Positions 7,768 through 10,564 of a stretch of DNA of 10,564 nucleotides are shown piece by piece. Position 1 is the stretch's first letter, and each line of letters opens with the position of its first letter. The translations under genes were made by a program, and so were the position numbers. The notes beneath the pieces are model-generated. The model saw nothing but the letters and a program-made list of their open reading frames with translations, had not been told where the DNA came from and searched no databases. This DNA is from a virus, in the UHGV virus genome UHGV-1326494. One strand, given 5' to 3'.

Positions 7768-7809
7768 GGCTCTTTAACATTGATGGGATTGTCCCGCCGA
7801 AATGCGGGA
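7768..7809 (+). promoter_or_regulatory. nutL: boxA plus boxB hairpin downstream of PL
   Basis: boxA GGCTCTTTAACA (7768-7779). boxB stem cccgc (7793-7797), loop cgaaat (7798-7803), stem gcggg (7804-7808). The RNA is identical to the nutR boxB transcribed from the opposite strand. Confidence 0.6.
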
Positions 7810-7980
7810 ACCAAAGAGTAGTTGGCTTTGGGGTGTGGTGAAGGGTTCATGGACGGGAATATGTCGCACGTAAAGCGGCGAGGCCTGCGGAACTATTGCC
7901 GAATTGAAGTCGGACGAAGCGGGTCGAAATGGGTCTCCCACCTACCACACCACCAAAGCTAATCATCTGAGGAACAAAAA

Positions 7981-8100
7981 ATGTTAGACATCATGACCAA
8001 CCCAATTCTCGGTGGTTTAGTTACCACATTCGCCATCTGCTTCGGTTTCACTATCTGGTCTGAAGTAGATGACTGGATGTGGGAACGCAAAAACAAATAA
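7981..8100 (+). CDS. Candidate small hydrophobic protein (39 aa) in the PL leader between nutL and the N-like gene
   Basis: ATG at 7981 preceded by GAGGAA at about 7 nt. MLDIMTNPILGGLVTTFAICFGFTIWSEVDDWMWERKNK has one predicted transmembrane segment. No homology claim. Confidence 0.3.
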   Translation: MLDIMTNPILGGLVTTFAICFGFTIWSEVDDWMWERKNK

Positions 8101-8140
8101 TCATCGTCACACAAGGATGTGTACCTTCCCGGAGGTCAAC

Positions 8141-8413
8141 ATGACAGTAGTCATTACATATCTGGCTGACGATAATGCCAGAAATCGCCGCAGAGCACGC
8201 AGACAGGCTCAACGTGAACAGGCAATGCAAGAGCAGCGACTGGCGCGAAAAATTGCGCTAAAGCTCTCTGGTTGCGTCAGAGCAGACAAAGCAGCATCAC
8301 TCGGAAGCCTTCGCTGCAAGAAGGCAGATGAATGCAGTGGAAGTATTTGCCTGCCAAACGTAGCTCTTTACGCGGCAGGCTACCGGAAATCAAAACAACT
8401 GACAGCGAGGTGA
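8141..8413 (+). CDS. N-like transcription antitermination protein (90 aa from the GGAGG-supported start; alternative 114-aa form from ATG 8069)
   Basis: GGAGG 6 nt upstream of ATG 8141. Arginine-rich motif NARNRRRARRQAQREQ near the N-terminus. The C-terminus (...VALYAAGYRKSKQLTAR) resembles what I remember of P22 gene 24. Located downstream of PL and nutL. Confidence 0.75.
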   Translation: MTVVITYLADDNARNRRRARRQAQREQAMQEQRLARKIALKLSGCVRADKAASLGSLRCKKADECSGSICLPNVALYAAGYRKSKQLTAR

Positions 8414-8435
8414 CGATCCCCGCGCCGTCGAGGAA

Positions 8436-8975
8436 CTAAATTAGCTCATCAGCTTTACCAGCAAAGCGCATATAACACTCATGGAACCAGACGTCAGGTA
8501 TAACAAATTTCTCTTTACCTGACGCGCTGTAAGTCACACCTGAGCGATGGAGAAGGCCTTTTCTCATAAGAGATAAAGCGACCGGATCGCCGTGCTTAAG
8601 TACGATTTTGTTATTTGCCATAACAGCAAATGCTAAAACCTCTTTTTCCTGAATACTCAGAGAATTGAATAGGCGCTCAGTCTCCACAATTACTTTAGCC
8701 TCATCTATCTTACTGAGATATTTTTTATATCTGTCTGAAGATGCCAGAAATATAAACTCCACCCCCCTGTTCAGAACATAACTGATACACAAAAGCATTG
8801 CGTAATACATCCAGTGATCTGGAAGTATTTCGGGGTTCCTTATATCTACCCACTCTTTAATTGATGCTGGGGTGATTATTATCAAGGTAATTAAAATAAT
8901 AAGCATATGAATTAACTGTTGTAGCGTAAGACCACGCAGGAAGAAACGTAATAGTTCCTGCCACCAGTTACTCAT
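8436..8975 (-). CDS. Membrane protein antisense to the PL operon (179 aa); superinfection-exclusion SieB-like by position and architecture, family not confirmed
   Basis: ORF track 179 aa. GGAG about 8 nt upstream of the ATG at 8973-8975. Two predicted TM segments (LIHMLIILITLIIIT and WMYYAMLLCISYVL) followed by a soluble domain. The gene is visibly AT-rich compared with its neighbours and is convergent with the N-like gene. Confidence 0.65.
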   Translation of the reverse strand: MSNWWQELLRFFLRGLTLQQLIHMLIILITLIIITPASIKEWVDIRNPEILPDHWMYYAMLLCISYVLNRGVEFIFLASSDRYKKYLSKIDEAKVIVETERLFNSLSIQEKEVLAFAVMANNKIVLKHGDPVALSLMRKGLLHRSGVTYSASGKEKFVIPDVWFHECYMRFAGKADELI

Positions 8976-8995
8976 CGGTGAATCTCCATCATTCT

Positions 8996-9043
8996 CTCTG
9001 TAGGGGTGAATAGAGTTTATCCGATTTCTCGCTGTAGGGGTAC
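8996..9043. repeat. Direct repeat pair upstream of the antisense membrane-protein gene
   Basis: ctgtaggggt at 8998-9007 and again at 9032-9041, 34 bp apart. Extended match tcNctgtaggggt. Confidence 0.5.
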
Positions 9044-9237
9044 ACGAGAACCACCGAGCCTGATGTGGTTAAAAGACAGGCATACGAATAAACACTGCAC
9101 TGTGTATTCATTCCAACGAGTGAATACACGGAGCAATGTCGCTCGTAACTAAACAGGAGCCGACTTGTTCTGATTATTGGAAATCTTCTTTGCCCTCTAA
9201 TGTGAGGACGATTTTTTATCTGTGAGGATATGAACAG

Positions 9238-9606
9238 ATGTCAAACATCAAAAAATACATCATTGATTACGACTGGAAAGCATCAATAGAAATTGAAATC
9301 GACCATGACGTAATGACAGAGGAAAAACTTCACCAGATTAATAATTTCTGGTCAGACTCTGAATACCGACTCAATAAACACGGCTCTGTATTAAATGCTG
9401 TATTAATCATGCTGGCGCAACATGCTCTGCTTATAGCAATTTCAAGCGACTTAAATGCATATGGTGTTGTGTGTGAGTTCGACTGGAATGATGGAAATGG
9501 TCAGGAAGGATGGCCTCCAATGAATGGTAGCGAAGGAATAAGAATTACCGATATCGACACATCTGGAATATTTGATTCAGATGATATGACTATCAAAGCC
9601 GCCTGA
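9238..9606 (+). CDS. ea10: Ea10-like protein (122 aa)
   Basis: ORF track 122 aa with GAGGA upstream. AT-rich. Position between the N region and cIII, and the length, match lambda ea10. The identity is from memory and position, not a search. Confidence 0.6.
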   Translation: MSNIKKYIIDYDWKASIEIEIDHDVMTEEKLHQINNFWSDSEYRLNKHGSVLNAVLIMLAQHALLIAISSDLNAYGVVCEFDWNDGNGQEGWPPMNGSEGIRITDIDTSGIFDSDDMTIKAA

Positions 9607-9681
9607 GCGCGGCTTTACCGCATACCAATAATGCTTCACGAGAGGCATTTTCGTTATGCAATCAAATATAAGGAGTTACCC

Positions 9682-9816
9682 ATGATGCACTTTCAGCTCG
9701 CGGGTAGCGGCGTCATGTCCGCTTTCTACCCGCACGAATCTGAATTATCACGCCGAGTTAAACAATTAATCAGAGCAGCAAAGAAACAACTGGAGGCGTT
9801 ATGCGCAATGAAATAG
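9682..9816 (+). CDS. cIII: cIII-like FtsH (HflB) protease inhibitor (44 aa)
   Basis: AAGGAG 6 nt upstream of ATG 9682. MMHFQLAGSGVMSAFYPHESELSRRVKQLIRAAKKQLEALCAMK resembles the lambda CIII core (..AG....PSESLLERITRKL..) as I remember it. The ORF-track version (61 aa) starts further upstream without an RBS. Confidence 0.55.
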   Translation: MMHFQLAGSGVMSAFYPHESELSRRVKQLIRAAKKQLEALCAMK

Positions 9817-9953
9817 CCATCAATCACCAGATGCTTCGTGCTGCACAGAACAAAGCAGTAATAGCCAGATTTATTGGTGATTCCAAAATGTGGCTTGAAG
9901 CAAATAAAGCGATGAAATCAGCTATCAACCTTCCGTGGTATCGCAGGAAATGA
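9801..9953 (+). CDS. kil: Kil-like small protein (50 aa), candidate host cell-division inhibitor
   Basis: ATG 9801 preceded by GGAGG. It overlaps the cIII-like 3' end, as kil overlaps cIII in lambda. MRNEIAINHQMLRAAQNKAVIARFIGDSKMWLEANKAMKSAINLPWYRRK; the FIGD.KM segment resembles remembered lambda Kil. Confidence 0.5.
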   Translation: MRNEIAINHQMLRAAQNKAVIARFIGDSKMWLEANKAMKSAINLPWYRRK

Positions 9954-10028
9954 GTTTTACAGATAACTGGTCAGACGAAGAATTCATTCGTCAGATGAAA
10001 GAATTAATCGGTAACGAAGGAGATATTC

Positions 10029-10199
10029 ATGTCACTTGCAACCACAGTGAAGGAGAGCAAGTTACAGAGACGCATGTACACGCAGCAGGCGTTAATGTAT
10101 CGCCAGAAGGGAGATCGTGAAGGTGTTCGCGTATTTTTAAATGCGGCAAAGACTGAAGTATTAAATCAGCGTTATTTCCTTGGGCCATGTCCATTCTGA
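10029..10199 (+). CDS. Candidate small protein (56 aa) between kil and the annealing-protein gene; Arf-like position
   Basis: AAGGAG (10017-10022) 6 nt upstream of ATG 10029. MSLATTVKESKLQRRMYTQQALMYRQKGDREGVRVFLNAAKTEVLNQRYFLGPCPF. An alternative overlapping frame (9950-10120, 56 aa, ATGA-coupled to the kil stop) is equally possible. Confidence 0.3.
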   Translation: MSLATTVKESKLQRRMYTQQALMYRQKGDREGVRVFLNAAKTEVLNQRYFLGPCPF

Positions 10200-10207
10200 G
10201 GTGAATT

Positions 10208-10564
10208 ATGGATTTGAATAAATTCGATGAGCCATTCAGCCCTGAAGATATCGAATGGCGAATACAGCAAAGCGGTAAAACACGCGATGGCAAGGTGTGG
10301 GCTATGGTGCTGGCTTATGTCACGAACCGGGCAATCATGAAACGCCTGGACGATGTTTGCGGCAAAGCAGGCTGGCGCAATGAATACCGCGATATTCCCA
10401 ACAACGGCGGCGTTGAATGCGGCATATCAATAAAGATTGATTCCGAATGGGTAACCAAATGGGATGCCGCTGAAAACACGCAGGTAGAAGCCGTCAAAGG
10501 CGGTCGTTCCGGTGCAATGAAGCGTGCTGCCGTTCAGTGGGGAATCGGTAGGTATCTGTATAAC
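10208..10564 (+). CDS. Single-strand annealing recombinase, Rad52-like (N-terminal 119 codons; continues beyond window end)
   Basis: GAGGTG 5 nt upstream of ATG 10208. The frame is open to the window end. The ...GAMKRAAVQWGIGRYLY segment resembles the Rad52-family ...A.KRA...FGN.LGN.LY motif. It occupies the position of bet/erf in lambdoid recombination modules. Confidence 0.6.
   Translation, partial: MDLNKFDEPFSPEDIEWRIQQSGKTRDGKVWAMVLAYVTNRAIMKRLDDVCGKAGWRNEYRDIPNNGGVECGISIKIDSEWVTKWDAAENTQVEAVKGGRSGAMKRAAVQWGIGRYLYN

Noticed and set aside
7905-7935. Possible third boxB-like element (gggtcgaaatgggtc)
   Set aside because: It shares the cgaaat core, but the flanks are direct repeats, not inverted, so no hairpin forms.
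10027-10497. Minus-strand ORFs 10027-10293 and 10315-10497
   Set aside because: Antisense to the annealing-protein gene and small ORFs; no RBS.
1-10564. CRISPR arrays, tRNA or rRNA genes, transposases, integrase or attachment sites
   Set aside because: No regularly spaced repeat arrays, no cloverleaf-like tRNA candidates, no transposase-like ORFs or terminal inverted repeats were seen. The integration module must lie outside this window.

Overview
This window is the early (immunity, replication, nin) region of a mosaic lambdoid prophage from an enterobacterial host, and I could not identify a convincing new multi-gene system in it. All calls are from reading the sequence and from remembered protein families; no searches were run. 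The rightward operon lies on the minus strand: PR, cro, nutR, c1 (cII-like), a small ORF, an O-like initiator with an internal iteron origin, a DnaB-type helicase, a terminator, then a tightly overlapping nin cluster (ninB, an orphan Dam-family methyltransferase, ninC-like, ninE, an unknown 122-aa protein, ninF, ninG, ninH, and the start of a lambda-type Ser/Thr phosphatase). The leftward operon lies on the plus strand: a P22 c2-type repressor, terminator, OL/PL, nutL, a small leader ORF, an N-like antiterminator, an antisense AT-rich membrane protein (SieB-like by position), ea10-like, cIII-like, kil-like, a small ORF and the start of a Rad52-like annealing protein. The best candidates for something accessory or undescribed are the antisense membrane-protein locus with its own repeat-containing control region, the orphan methyltransferase next to the NinC-like PP-loop protein, the unknown 122-aa nin protein, and several small ORFs.
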